Shown here piece after piece: positions 14,660 through 27,883 of a DNA stretch of 64,000 nucleotides. The number at the start of each line of letters is the position of its first letter. Position 1 is the stretch's first letter. The stretch is from Octopus vulgaris. Its lineage: Eukaryota. The stretch spans positions 128,216,001-128,280,000 of the forward strand of contig OX597817.1 of NCBI GenBank assembly GCA_951406725.2. The letters are read 5' to 3'. The position numbers and the translations under genes were made by a program. The notes beneath the pieces are model-generated. The model did not search any database, was not told the origin of the DNA, and saw nothing but the letters and a program-made list of their open reading frames with translations.

Positions 14660-15821
14660 GTAAGTGCTCATTTCTTTATCTTCTGTGTTTTTTTTTTTTT
14701 TTGTTTTTTTTTTTTTTTGTATCAAAAAATGCAAGAAGGAATATAGGGATATGCTGAAGATCATACTCAAAAGACTGGTTCAGTCAGTGAAAGAAAATAT
14801 CGCATCAGAATCGCAATGCAGTTTTTGCTGGGATCAGAGAGAGCATAGGCAAAGATGATCTGCATTACATGCTAGATTCTGAAGGAATACATTATTCTTT
14901 AATACGAACATAAGTATGTCGTATAGTGCCTTAACCCTTTTGATACCAATCTGCCTAAGACTGCTCCTGATTCTTTTATACAAACTTTCTTTTGAACAAA
15001 CACCCAAGGGATGGCTCTCATATTCTTAGTTAAGCTCATATATAGATACATGCCTTCATACATATGCACGCACATGCACACACACACAAACACACACCCA
15101 TTCACACACACATATGCATATGTACATGCATGCATTTCTCTCTTTCTCTCTCTCTATGTATGTCTACAGAGATAATGAGAAAGAGATGGATGCATGCAAG
15201 CACTTTTACATATTTACATACATGTGTATATACATGCACAACATGTATGTATACTCTTTACTCTTTTACTTGTTTCAGTCATTTGACTGCGGCCATGCTG
15301 GAGCACCACCTTTAGTTGAGCAAATCGACCCCAGGACTTATTCTTTGTAAGCCTAGTACTTATTCTATCGGTATCTTTTGCCAAACCACTAAGTCACAGA
15401 GACATAAACACACCAGCATCGGTTGTCAAGCAATGTTGGGGAGACAAGCACAGACACACAAGCATGCACACATATACATACATATACATATATACAAAGA
15501 GCTTCTTTCAGTTTCCGTCAACCAAATCCACTCACAGGGCTTTGGTCAACTAGGTGCCACGCAGTGTGGGACTGAACCCAGAACCATGTGGCTGGTAAGC
15601 AAGCTACTTACCACACAGCCACTCCATCATGTATATATATATATATATATGATGGTAGATTCTCATGTCATAAACAACAAATGACAGTTCAGTCAAATAA
15701 AGCATTAATCATGTTCTATTGACATGAATGTATCTCTTGAGGTCTGCTGGTGCCTTGCAAACCTTTTGGCAATGGAACAAGTTGAAGACTCAGTTTGCTT
15801 GAGCGCTTGTCAATCATTTAC

Positions 15822-15872
<51 letters not shown>

Positions 15873-17018
15873 GTGTGTGTGTAATATAAGTGCATGCAAA
15901 CACACACACACACATATACACATACACGTATATATATATATATTAGTCTTTAATTATCATGTCACAATTTCAACAAAGTAGTTGAGTGGTTGTGTGTGTA
16001 TCTGTGTATGAGTCTAATCATGATGATAAAGAGGAGATATAGGGGAGTGCAGGAGCAAGTCAGTTAAAAGAGATAATTTGATTTTGTTCAATATTTTTCA
16101 ATGACTTTAAAATGGTACTTACTTTACCTACAGTTTAAAATTTAGAGGGCTTCTTCAGAAAGAGAACAGTGACAACAGATTACGACTGATAAGAGGCTTA
16201 ACAACACCAATTTCCTTTTTAGAAAGTGGGCTTTCTTGCTTTGTGATATCTGATTTGTTAAGTACAATTTTATATGTATTAAAGAAGTAATGAATCAAAT
16301 AAGATATTTTATCTTCAATGTAGACTTTAGATGTCTTCCTGAATAATATGGGGATGAAGCAAAAGTGATATGACTCTAAGCAATTTGCAGACAGTAATTT
16401 TTTTCTTTCTTTTTTTGAAAGCTTTCATCTGCTCAAAACTGAAAACAAAAAAAATGGGAAAATTCAGTTGTTTCCACATAATTTTCGTTGATGATGTTGT
16501 TTGTGAAAGAACTGTGTGTGTGTGTGTGTGTGTGTGAGTGCGCGCATGTGCGTGTGTATTATATGTGTTTGTAGGTGAGAAAGTGAAAGAGCACAAGATG
16601 AGAACAAATGAATGAAAGACAAGCGAAAAAGGTAAAAAAAAAAAACGGTTTAACAAAGGATCTTGTTAAATTAGTGCATGTGTCTCTCTATGCTTGTGTG
16701 TATACATATACACTCTAGCATATCCTCAGTATCAAATATCATGCAATTTTAAAGGCAATAAGCTGAAATGTTATTTAACAAATGCATCAACCATAACATA
16801 TATTCCATATATGTCATGTCTAGTAAGAATAATTAAATTTTCATTGAAAATACTTTGAAGGATTGAATCCAAAATGTAAAATAAATTGTTTAAATCTTTT
16901 AATGAGGTTGAAACAATAAAAAGTTCTATGTTTAATTGTTAAAGATTTTCCATGTATTATTATACTAAGTCACTGATGAGTCTGCACCATCAAAAGTGAC
17001 AGCAACTGGCATTTATAC

Positions 17019-17612
17019 TTGACCCCTTAGCATTCAGATTACTCTGTCAAATGTAATACTTGTTTATTTACAGTGTTTGAAATTAATCATGCTTTATCTT
17101 GTAACTTTGTGACTTCAATGATAATAAAAATGAAATTATTGTATACAGTGCTCAGGTGCACCACAACTTGTCAAAAGTGCATATAAAGAATATACAGTAA
17201 AGTACAAATGTCTGGAAAGCGAACAGTGTATGAGTCAGATACAAGCTTGCGTGTGTATGGAGGGGAGAAAATCAGGTGTAGTGTTAGCGATTCTCAGGAA
17301 GCATGGAAGTTTTGAAGGATGCAGTGCTCCAGCAACTAACAACTGATGCCAGCAGTTTGTTCCATGCTTCAGCAACTCTTAGCATGAAAAAATGTTTCCG
17401 AAAGTCATGGGAGCTGTACTGTTTTCTGACTTTGTAAACATGTCCATGGGTGTTAGACAGGTGGAGTTTGAAAAGGTGCTCAGCGTTATTGTTAGTAAGA
17501 TGGTTAAATGACATTGTAGGGTAGGTATAATAGACTGGATCTGGCCAGTATGAATCTAAAACAGGTAAAATATTTTGGCCTGGTATGGCCAGTTTAAATG
17601 CTACAGGGTTAA
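17019..17612. mobile_element. piggyBac-type MITE interrupted by the CR1/L2 fragment
   Basis: Ends ttgaccccttagcatt... / ...aatgctacagggttaa (CCC termini, TTAA-like sites); a related right end lies at about 22890-22955. Confidence 0.55.
17120..17507 (-). mobile_element. CR1/L2-type LINE 3' end (same family, opposite orientation)
   Basis: Near-identical reverse complement of about 34147-34530. Confidence 0.88.
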
Positions 17613-18364
17613 AGTTATTCATATTCATAACTATTTCTTTCTGTCAGGATATAATTATGTTAGGACACTTAAGTTTCCTGTAACCATCACCAATAATGTT
17701 CTCCATAACAGTGCTCATTCATGACATAAAACATGTTTATTCACTAGTAACATATCATAAAGATGGAAGTGTTCTTCCTACATCTCAAAAGAAGGGTCAG
17801 AGGTCATTCCAAACTATAAGCTCATAAGGCAAAATTCCTGGAATCTCTGGAGGTATATTCATCCCTTGGTCAAACACTGGTCCTTCATAAGCTTACTCAT
17901 TTTTTCCACCAGAATGGAATGGAAGAATGTGAAATAAAGTGTTTTGCTCAAGAACACAGCACATCACCCAGTCAAGGAATTGAAATCTCAACTTATGCTC
18001 ATTAGTGTAATACATTAACCACATTAACCACATCATCAACCACGGCATGCCCAGACCTTTTAACGGGTGTTGGCAACAAACGGATTGCCTGACCATTGGA
18101 ACACATCCTTTTGACAAGAAGCAGAAGAGAATGCATTCATTATGATAGAAAGTATTTCAAGGCGTAGTTAGAAAATATGTAAAGTTTCTATAAGTAGTCT
18201 TGCTTTGCAAATAATTGCAGATAAAGAAAGCTATAGGTACATATATGTATGCTTACAAATACATATTTATATGTACTTATAGACACATAGACATACATAT
18301 AGGTATACATGTATACATACACATATCTGTGCATGCATAGATACATGCACACATTACACTACAG

Positions 18365-18398
<34 letters not shown>

Positions 18399-18842
18399 AT
18401 TAGGTATGTCATTAAGAAATCAGTTTACATTTTGTTTCTTACTTCAGTATTTATAATTACCTTATCACAGTGAACATAATTATTGGTGCAGTAATGCACC
18501 AGTGTTGATATTTGGTTATCAGAAATTGGGAGGTATTTATAACAACCAAACTTGTCATCTTCTGTTCTGTGTTCATGCCTATCCTTACCTATGGTCATGG
18601 ATCTTAGATTATGACCAAAGAATACAATTGCAAATACAAGGGCAGTTTGACAAGAGCCAGCCAGGCAGAAGCTTGCACCAGACTTCTGTAACTGTTTGGC
18701 AGGATTTTTACAGCTGGATGTCCTTCCTAACACTAACTACCCAGCCCTTCCAAATGCCAACCACTTTACAGTATGAACTGGGTGCTTTTAAGTGGCACCT
18801 GCAGTGACAGAGTCACCGAGTATATATATGTATATTGACATT

Positions 18843-19452
18843 TAAAAGCACCGTCCGTTCGTGGCCGTTTGCCAGCTCTGTCTGGCCCCGTGTCAGTGGC
18901 ACGTAAAAGCACCATCCGTTCGTGTTTGTTGCCAGCCTCGGCTGGCCCCCGTGCAGGTGACACGTAAAAGCACCGTCCGTTCGTGGCCGTTTGCCAGCTC
19001 TGTCTGGCCCCGTGTCGGTGGCACGTAAAAGCACCATACCTTCGTGTTCGTAGCCAGCCTCGGCTAGCCCCCGTGCAGGTGACACGTAAAAGCACCGTCC
19101 GTTCGTGGCCGTTTGCCAGCTCTGTCTGGCCCTGTGTCGATGGCACGTAAAAGCACCATCCGTTCGTGTCCGTTGCCAGCATTGCCTGGCCCCGTGCCGG
19201 TGACACGTAAAAACACCATCCATTCGTGGCCGTTCGCCAGCTCTGTCTGGCACCTGTGCAGGTGGCACGTAAAAACACCCACTACACTCACGGAGTGGTT
19301 GGCGTTAGGAAGGGCATCCAGCCGTAGAAACACTGCCAAATCTGACTGGGCCTGATGAAGCCTTCCGGCTTCACAGACCCCAGTTAAACCGTCCAACCCA
19401 TGCTAGCATGGAAAGCGGACGTTAAATGATGATGATGATGATGATGATGATA
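18843..19452 (+). mobile_element. (GAT)n-tailed SINE with expanded internal ~61-bp tandem array
   Basis: Seven taaaagcacc-started units, then ggcgttaggaagggcatccagc...atggaaagcggacgttaaatgatgat tail. Confidence 0.85.
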
Positions 19453-19565
19453 ATATACATACGTTCACACACACATGTGCACACACACACATACATGATA
19501 AAAACGCATGAATATACACCATAAATATGCCCATATATACGTATTTCCTAATTCTTTTCTGCCAG

Positions 19566-19749
19566 GGTACATCACTCAAAGGACCGAAGAGCAGTTCAAA
19601 TGAAAGTGTTGATGCTGGAGAGGCCATTTGTGTGCCCTGTGACTCCTCATTGAATTCAATCAGTGAGAATAGTTCCAGTGTGGTGACTTCAGTCATAGAA
19701 GAAAGCTCAATATATTCTTTTGAATCAGATCCATATGATCAATATTCCT
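19566..19749 (+). CDS. CFAP47: CFAP47-like coding exon 5 (Ser-rich linker)
   Basis: ttttctgccag|GGT, T|gtaagt, phase 0/1, open frame GTSLKGPKSSSNESVDAGEAICVPC...FESDPYDQYS. Confidence 0.8.
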
Positions 19750-20371
19750 GTAAGTAGTATTTCTTTATTATTTTATTATTATTGCTAGCCTCGGACATAT
19801 AACTGAGGCCATGCTGGAGCACTCCCTTCAAGAGGTTTAGTTGATTACATTGACACCAGTATATATTACAGACTGATATTACATATCAGACAGTAATAAG
19901 TAATATTGATCATTGAAAAGCAAGCACATGTTAAACTATGTATTTAGCTCAGGGGAGTACTAGCTGATATTACATAGTAAGATATTACCGTCTGATAGAT
20001 ATTTCTCACTCTCTGTTTATCATATTGTCAATTTACCTTCAGTCATAGAAGAAAGCTCAATATGTTCCTTTGAATCAGATCCATATGATCAATATTCCTG
20101 TAAGTAGTATTTCTTTATTATTTTATTATTATTGCTAGCCTCGGACATATAACTGAGGCCATGCTGGAGCACTCCCTTCAAGAGGTTTAGTTGATTACGT
20201 TGACACCAGTATATATTACAGACTGTAATATGTAATATTGATCATTAAAAAGCAAGCACATGTTAAACTATGTATTTAGCTCAGGGGAGTACTAGCTGAT
20301 ATTACATAGTAAGATATTACCGTCTGATAGATATTTCTCACTCTCTGTTTATCATATAGTCAATTTACCTT
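19687..20371 (+). repeat. Tandem duplication (350-bp period) of the exon 5 3' end plus intron start
   Basis: cttcagtcatagaagaaagc...caatttacctt at 19687 and 20037; second copy has an ~18-bp deletion. Confidence 0.95.
20043..20099 (+). CDS. Candidate duplication-derived 57-nt cassette exon (IEESSICSFESDPYDQYS)
   Basis: Junction of the 350-bp tandem duplication creates atttaccttcag|TC; copied T|gtaagt donor; phase 1/1, no stop; usage unproven. Confidence 0.4.
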
Positions 20372-20947
20372 TTCACGTAATAGTCTTACAGTACTAAAGA
20401 TAAACCTTCCACAGATACACGTTCATTGAAAGATAGCTAAATTTAATGTAAACCCATATTAGATGAAAAGTAAAACTGTGCTCAGAACATAGAAGGGACG
20501 TAACTAAATACTCGCAAACCTTTATATTCCGCCCTATCTATCAACCTTTCCGATTTTCCTAAAGAAAAACTGCAGTTTATTTTCATTTCCGATCTCATCC
20601 ACTTTATCTAGAAAGTGGCGTAACTCTAGAGATTTCATTTATAGAGTTGCCTCCCTTAACAATTTTTTTTCCGTCCTTTTCTTTAATCTTGTAAAAAAAA
20701 AACGTTCGATTTCTTTGATTAATAGATAAATCTATAAAACTGGATGACTGCCGTACCTTCTATTATCTTTCTCTCTCTTATATTTGCTTTGTTGATAGAT
20801 ACCAATCTAAGTTTCATTTTCAGTGAGTTTTCTCATTAGAGATTTTCTCTCAAAATACAATCACCGCGTATGCGTCTATGTTTGTGTGTGTGTGTTTTCA
20901 GAGGACATATGAGTATTATATACGAGTATCCTTGCACTGAGTTGACC

Positions 20948-21023
<76 letters not shown>

Positions 21024-22979
21024 GTATTTTACCTCAGTCGTTACGTCTATACGTTAATAGATACTCCATTATTTCCACAAATAGCCCTCTCTTTATATAT
21101 AAATGGCCTTTTTGTGTATGTATTCTTTCGTCGAATTGTGCTGGATTTAAACTCAGAACACGAAGAAGCAAGTAATAACATAGCTCCGAGCATTTTGTCC
21201 GCTCTACCCTTCTTCTTCTAATCCCTCATAATATTGGTTTCAAATTTTGGAGGCTGTAAGTCGATTATTTCGACCCCAGTGCTCCACCGGTACTTATTTT
21301 ATTGACTCCGAAAGGATGAAAGGTAAAGTCGACCTTGGCAGAAATTGAACTCGAAACGTAAAGACGGACGAAATGATGCTAAGCATTTTGCCCGACATGA
21401 TAATTATTCTGCCAGCCTGCCACCTTCATCCCTCATTATTCTCTACCTAATACACATGGCAAGACATTTAAGGAGGGTGGACTAGTCTATTAGATAGGCA
21501 ACACTGTAACGAAACGTAGCGAAATGCCCCTAAACATTTCGTCCAGCGTGCTAACGGTTGCCAGCTCGCCTCCAATTTTCTAACATGAATAAATGGCCTT
21601 ATATTTTTGCGTAGGAATATAGTTCATTACATAGTTTGTACTCATCTTATCGACGCTATGCTCCCTGATATCGTAATTTGAACACAGAACGTGAAGCAAT
21701 TAAGCTAAACATTGTAATTAACATGGTCCGGCATGATTATGATTTTATCAATTGCAGTTCACATGCTCGATTTAAAATGTTCAGGGGAACTAACTCAGAC
21801 AATATGTACATAATTATGTCCCTTACGTTGTTATCCCCCTTTTTCGCTGTCGAATTTTTTTTTTCTTGGTACTTTTTTAATACCAATAGCCATGGATATT
21901 CATAGAAATTGGTGTCAATAATGCCATAAGTGTCAATAATGCCATAACTGAACTTTGGTCCCAGTTGAATTTGTTAACTCGATACTTTTTTAACACATTT
22001 TAAAAATGAAATTATGTGGATATGAGTCTTTGAATGTATAAATCATGAGTTTGTTGTTGGTATTTTTTCTGAAACTTTTAAAATTCATACCTTTTAAACC
22101 TTTCAATAAATTGCTCTTATCATTGTACGACAAAATTCTCCTTAATTTTGATACAAGGCTACCAGTTTTGAGGCGTAGATGCAAGTCGATAACTTTGACC
22201 TCAGTAATTGGTTGGTTCTTAACTTATAGACTTCAAAAGATGAAAAGCAAATTTGATTTCGGTGTAATTTGAGCTCAAAATGTAAACAGCCAGAAAAAAT
22301 GCCACTAAGCATTTTGTCCAACGTGCTAATAATTCTGCCTGCTTGCCATCTTTCATTGTACAACCTAATGATATGAGATGTGACATACAAAACTCATTGC
22401 TGTATATCACCCAGAATATATCTGACCTCTCTTGTAGCAAGCTAATTCTTTAATACTGAAATTATCGAATACTGCAGATATTTATTGTAGAAAATACAAC
22501 ATAAATTGGAATATTGTTTTTATCATACCTATAAATGAGGCGTTTAGTAACAGAGTGTCATAAGTGCCACCCCAGCTATTTTCACAGTTCATATATCATT
22601 TTCTTTGTCTCGATGTTTAGATATCACATTCTGAAAGTCACGAAACTTTGACTGCATTTTTCTGTTTTAAGTTGTGGTGCTTACGACGGTCTCTTACTAA
22701 GTGCTTCAAATATTATGTTGAAGATTATTTATAAATCAACTGGGATAATGTCATATATTTTTTATGTTGTGCAATGATCAAAATTAAGTAATTGAATTGT
22801 TTAAATTGTATAGACTTCTTTGCTTTCTCAATAAGAAAAAGTTTCAATTTGTTAAACATAAACATAATCATCAGCAACCTGATATGACTAATTTGAACAT
22901 AAAACAGGTGGAATATCTGGGCCAGATATGGCTAGTTTAAATGCTAAAGGGTTAAAAGAAGGTATTTGCATGATTAATA

Positions 22980-23535
22980 TTGGGTTGTCTGGAAAGTCCA
23001 TGCCGATTTATAGTAGCTTACCTTTCGACTTATTTTAGAACATGGTTGAGTCCATAAAATAGGATTTGACTACACCTCCATTTAGAGCACAGTTTAAGCT
23101 ATCTTTTCGTGGAAGAAGGTTTATGTTCCTACAACCTGTGTTAATTTTGTAACACTTTAAAATGGAAGATTAAAAAGTTCATTTTCGGCACTTAATGCTT
23201 TGGGAACCAGACAAAAATTGCTGCAGTTTGGCTGGGATGTGTTATCCCATCCTCCATATTCACCAGATATTGCTCCTTCAAATTTCCACTTATTCAGGTC
23301 TCTGCAGAATAGTCTTAATGGTAAAAATTTCAATTCCTTGGATGACATAAAAAGATACCTTGATGAATTCTTTGCCATGTAAGCACCTCATTTCTGGGAA
23401 GAGGGTATTTTCAAGTTAAAGGAAAAATGAAGATGCATTGTGCAACAAAATGGTTCATATTTGGTTGTAATGGCAAGTATCTATTGACCTTTTTCTTTCC
23501 TTCAAAAATCAGCACAAACTTTCCGGACAACCCAA
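22980..23535 (+). mobile_element. Internally deleted mariner element
   Basis: About 30-bp TIRs ttgggttgtctggaaagtccatgccgattt / aaatcagcacaaactttccggacaacccaa, TA on both sides; N-terminal MED*KVHFRHLML fused to C-terminal WDVLSHPPYSPDIAPSNFHLFRSLQ; stops present. Confidence 0.92.
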
Positions 23536-23668
23536 TAGATATTTTTACTGGCAGCATTGTGACAGATAAAGACCTAGTAGCTTATTAAAAGTTAATTAGA
23601 TTTTCCATTGATTGAATGTATTTATCTGTTTCCTTTCTTTTTTTTTTTTATTGTTACTCATTCCTCAG

Positions 23669-23903
23669 TCCAAAAATATAGCAATGGAATTTACGATGGT
23701 GAATGGACATCTACACCATCAGAGGAAACTGTATTGAGCAAGTTGCAAGAACTTGGCAAAATTGGAAGTAACATTTTTCCTGAACATGATAAACAAATCG
23801 GTCCTTTCCATTATTCAGTTCTGTATGCTGTACAGAGATGGTTTTCAGCAAATGGCTGGCCTGGAGGAACAGTTTCAATCACAGTCCCTCACTCTTTCCG
23901 AAG
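23669..23903 (+). CDS. CFAP47: CFAP47-like coding exon 6
   Basis: ttcctcag|TC, AG|gtaagt, phase 1/2; AVQRWFSANGWPGGTVSITVPHSFR matches recalled 'AAQTWFSLFGWPEGPHSFSIPETIR'. Confidence 0.92.
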
Positions 23904-24699
23904 GTAAGTTAAAACAAAGTCAGTTCAACAGATACTTCGTTTAAGCTGTTGTTTGTAAAGCAATTAAAGAAAACAATGAAAGACAAGGTACACTCAACGA
24001 AATTGTTCAACCTGCTAAACATAGCAGCTAAATTTTCTCAAAACCATACTTTATTTATCATCATCATAATCATCATTGTTTAACGTCCGCTTTCCATGCT
24101 AGCATGAGGATGGATGATTTAACTGAGGACTGGCGAACCAGATGGCTGCACCGGGCCCCAATCTGACCTGGCAGAGTTTCTACAGCTGGATGCCCTTCCT
24201 AATGCCAACCATTCCGAGAGTGTAGTGGATGCTTTTATGTGCCACCAGCACGAGGACCAGTCTGGCAGTACTGGCAACAGCCACGCTCAAATGGTGTTTT
24301 TTACGTGCCATCTGCACAGGAGCCAGTCCAGCAGCACTGGCAATGACCTCGCTCAAATCTTTACGGAATAACAGATAAAGATATATTGGATTATAAGTCA
24401 TTCATTTTGTCTGGTAGTTGGAGAAGATGTACTGATCATTGCTGGAACATATGGCTTTAAAGAGACTGTTAATAGAAGTCAAAATTAATGAGAAAAGAGG
24501 CAGAAAGAAAGCAAGAATTTAGTGGATGGATAATAGTCAAGAATTGAACAGACTGAAAATACAGTGAATACATTCAAGACAACACAAGAAAAAGCAAAGT
24601 GACAAGCTATGGTATTTAACCCACTGAGAGCAGATAATGCATGCTGATGATAATGATGGTGATGATGATGACAATTGAAGCATAAATCTCCCAGTATGG

Positions 24700-25570
24700 A
24701 TGGTCTGCCCTAAAAATTCTGCAAGTTCATGTTGGATTTGTTTGGCGACCACTTGGCTAATGTCTACTGTAACTTGCACCAGGACAGGAAAATTCCTAAC
24801 AGAGTGAGCCAGGGAGTGGTAACTCTGCTGAAAAAGGACTCCGTCTACAATTTTCAACCCATGACTACTAATTACAGTTTATGATTTGGACCAAGATTTT
24901 GGCAAATAAGTTGATACTTGTCATTGGTGATGTAGTCAGAGAAGTGTTAACATGGGTGATCCAAGCAGATCCATCCACAACAACCTCCACCTTATGTGAT
25001 ACATCAAAGTGAGGGGAGGGAACAGTGCCGGCATTAGTGGAGCCCTATTCAGTTTGGATCTGTCAAAGTTTTTTGAGAAGGTCAGTCATTGTTACTTAGA
25101 ATCCATTCAGAAATCAACCATGTTTGGACACATTTTCAGGGGTAGGATTACTACAATTCACAATAGCACCTACTCAATAGTCAAAGTTAATGACCACCTC
25201 TCAGAACCATTTTGCCTCAGTCTGACAAGGCTCCTGTTCTCATCTCTTCTGTATAAATTGGCTCTTTAGCCACTACTGTGGAAGCTAGAACAGTTGAGAA
25301 GCATCCCTTTCAAAGTAGACTAGGGGTACTGTGTGGTGTATATGAATGATGTCATCACCATAGAGTCAGATGCCACTGAAGTAGAGACAATCAGTAACTT
25401 TGTAAAGAAGTATGAGTTGATGACAGGGGCTAAGATCAATGTAAAAAAAATTAGTGGACATGCAGCTTGGCACCTGGAGTGGAAGGTCTTTGCCATCATG
25501 TAACATCATGGGATGCTGGACCAACAAACCAGTTAAACTGCCCAGGGTCTGGTTTGGACCTGAACTCCAG
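24700..25570 (+). mobile_element. Decayed Tx1/L1-type reverse transcriptase fragment
   Basis: RSIHNNLHL, GALFSLDLSKFFEKVSHCYL, SIVKVNDHLSEPF, YMNDV, TGAKIN motifs with stops and frameshifts. Confidence 0.75.
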
Positions 25571-25574
25571 ATCT

Positions 25575-25653
25575 TTATATTTGCTCAGTTTTTGGTAGGT
25601 CTTGACAGATACGTTTATATCGCTTGGGACAATCATATCAATGAGGAGGCATG
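25575..25653 (-). mobile_element. R4/Dong-like restriction-enzyme-like endonuclease fragment
   Basis: CLLIDMIVPSDINVSVKTYQKLSKYKDLE; abuts (ATT)n. Confidence 0.65.
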
Positions 25654-25654
25654 A

Positions 25655-25703
<49 letters not shown>

Positions 25704-25760
25704 ATTATTATCATCATCATTATTATTATTTTGTTGTTCTTATTATTGTTTTTCTCACAG

Positions 25761-25961
25761 TGCTATAGGTACCTTGGAAGAGAGGAAATCACCAAAAGCA
25801 CATTCTGTTAAGAAAGAATCAAAGACCATTTACCACATGCTAAAATATCTCACTGGGAAAATTTTACCTGGAGTGATACTAATCCCAACTCTATCATCGA
25901 ACTCAGCAGAACGTGTCAAACAGATTTACAACCAACATTACCTTCTTCTTGTCTTTTTAAA
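25761..25961 (+). CDS. CFAP47: CFAP47-like coding exon 7
   Basis: tttctcacag|T, AA|gtaagc, phase 2/2; KTIYHMLKYLTGKILPG...ERVKQIYNQHYLLLVFL. Confidence 0.92.
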
Positions 25962-26255
25962 GTAAGCACATATTACACAGAATTCTCAGTCCATAAACCA
26001 TCAGAGCCATACTGCATTTAAATTTTAATTCTGTTGCTGTTGCTTCTTTGGCTTTGCTGTCACTTCGGCTGTGCTGCTGTTGTGGTTGTTGTGTGTTGTA
26101 GTTGTATGTTATCAAGGAAATTCCATATCTATACATTGGACTTCTTTTAATTGGTCAGCTCAAGGCTATAGTAGAAGACACTTGCCCAAGGTACCACACA
26201 GTGGGACTGAGCCCAGAACCATATGGTTGGGAAGAAAGCTTCTTACCACACAGCT

Positions 26256-26369
26256 ACACCTACACACATGCATGCATACATTCATACACACACACATACA
26301 CACACTCAAATATATATATATATATATACGTACACACACACACTTACATACACTCATACCCTCACCCAT

Positions 26370-26400
<31 letters not shown>

Positions 26401-27520
26401 AACATACACAGACACACACCCATACATACATACACACATACACCTATACACACACGCCTACACACCTACATACACACACATGCATACACACACACATATA
26501 CGCACATACACACACATATACGCACATACATATATACTTACACACATGCACACACACACACACACATACATACGCACATGCATGCATGCATGCACACGCA
26601 CACACCTACAGGCATGTATGCATACTTGCATACACACACACACTCACGTACACATACATACACACACACATACATACATGCATACACACACACACTTCCA
26701 CACATACACACATACACACACACATACATACATACATACACCCATACACATACACGCATACACACACCCATACTTACATACACTCATACGGACACATATA
26801 CACACACATACACACACACATACACACTCACACATACATACACACACACACACTTACTCACACACTCGCATGCATGCGCACACACATGCACATACACACA
26901 CTTCCACACATACACACATACATACATACACACTCACACACACACATACACACACACATACACACTCACACATCCACACACACACACATACTTACACACA
27001 CACTCGCATGCGCCCGCACATACATGCATGTGCGCGCTCGCGCACACATACATACATGCATGCACCACGCCCGTGGGTTCTGACTAGATCTTGGGTTCGT
27101 ATCTGGGGCCAGCGTGTTCTTGGGTTTCTCTTACGCCTGTCACCGCGGGAGCATTTTTCCATCTTTCCGTCAGTTGCAGTTTGTTTCCTTGCATGCATAT
27201 ATATACACACACATATAATACCCCTACTTTTTGTACACACACGCACACACATACATACACTCACTCCCATGCACTCACACACACACATTTGCATATACAT
27301 ATATACAATACACTTACACACGTACAAACACACACAAATTCACATGCACACCGGCACATACACACACCCAACATATACCTCCACGCGCACGCACACATAC
27401 ACATATAAACACAGACACACACATTTTTTATCTCGCACACCGTTACGACCGCTGCTCGCCACTAGCTGTCGCCTTACACACACATACACACACATACACG
27501 TACATACTCACATACACACC
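26256..27520. repeat. Degenerate (CA/TA)n low-complexity array
   Basis: Direct reading; source of the His/Thr pseudo-ORFs. Confidence 0.95.
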
Positions 27521-27842
27521 CTCTTCTTCCCACTCATTGTGTTTTTACCTACCTTCTTTTTCCGCTCTCCTGTCTTGAAAACCTGTCCCCTCTCGTCTAC
27601 GACTTCCTGCCTTTCAGTATGTTTACCTCGTGAAGACCAGTCGCGTTTTTTTTCCCTCTGTCCTCCCACCTCGGGATCTTTCTTTCTCTTATGTTTCCGA
27701 TGAAGAGCTCCGCTCGAAACGTCATACCCTCCTTCTTCCCTTTTTTCCTGAGTGCCTAATAATAATACTTTAATTGTTCCACCTCTTTGTGTTGTTGTCT
27801 TTTCTGTTTTCTTGTTTGGATTAACCTTATATATATATATAT

Positions 27843-27883
<41 letters not shown>

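Noticed and set aside
18843-19280. CRISPR-like periodic array
   Set aside because: No unique spacers; it is a tandem subrepeat of a eukaryotic SINE
26071-27703. Long 286-533 aa His/Thr/Tyr-rich ORFs
   Set aside because: Translations of a degenerate (CA)n array, open in several frames; not coding
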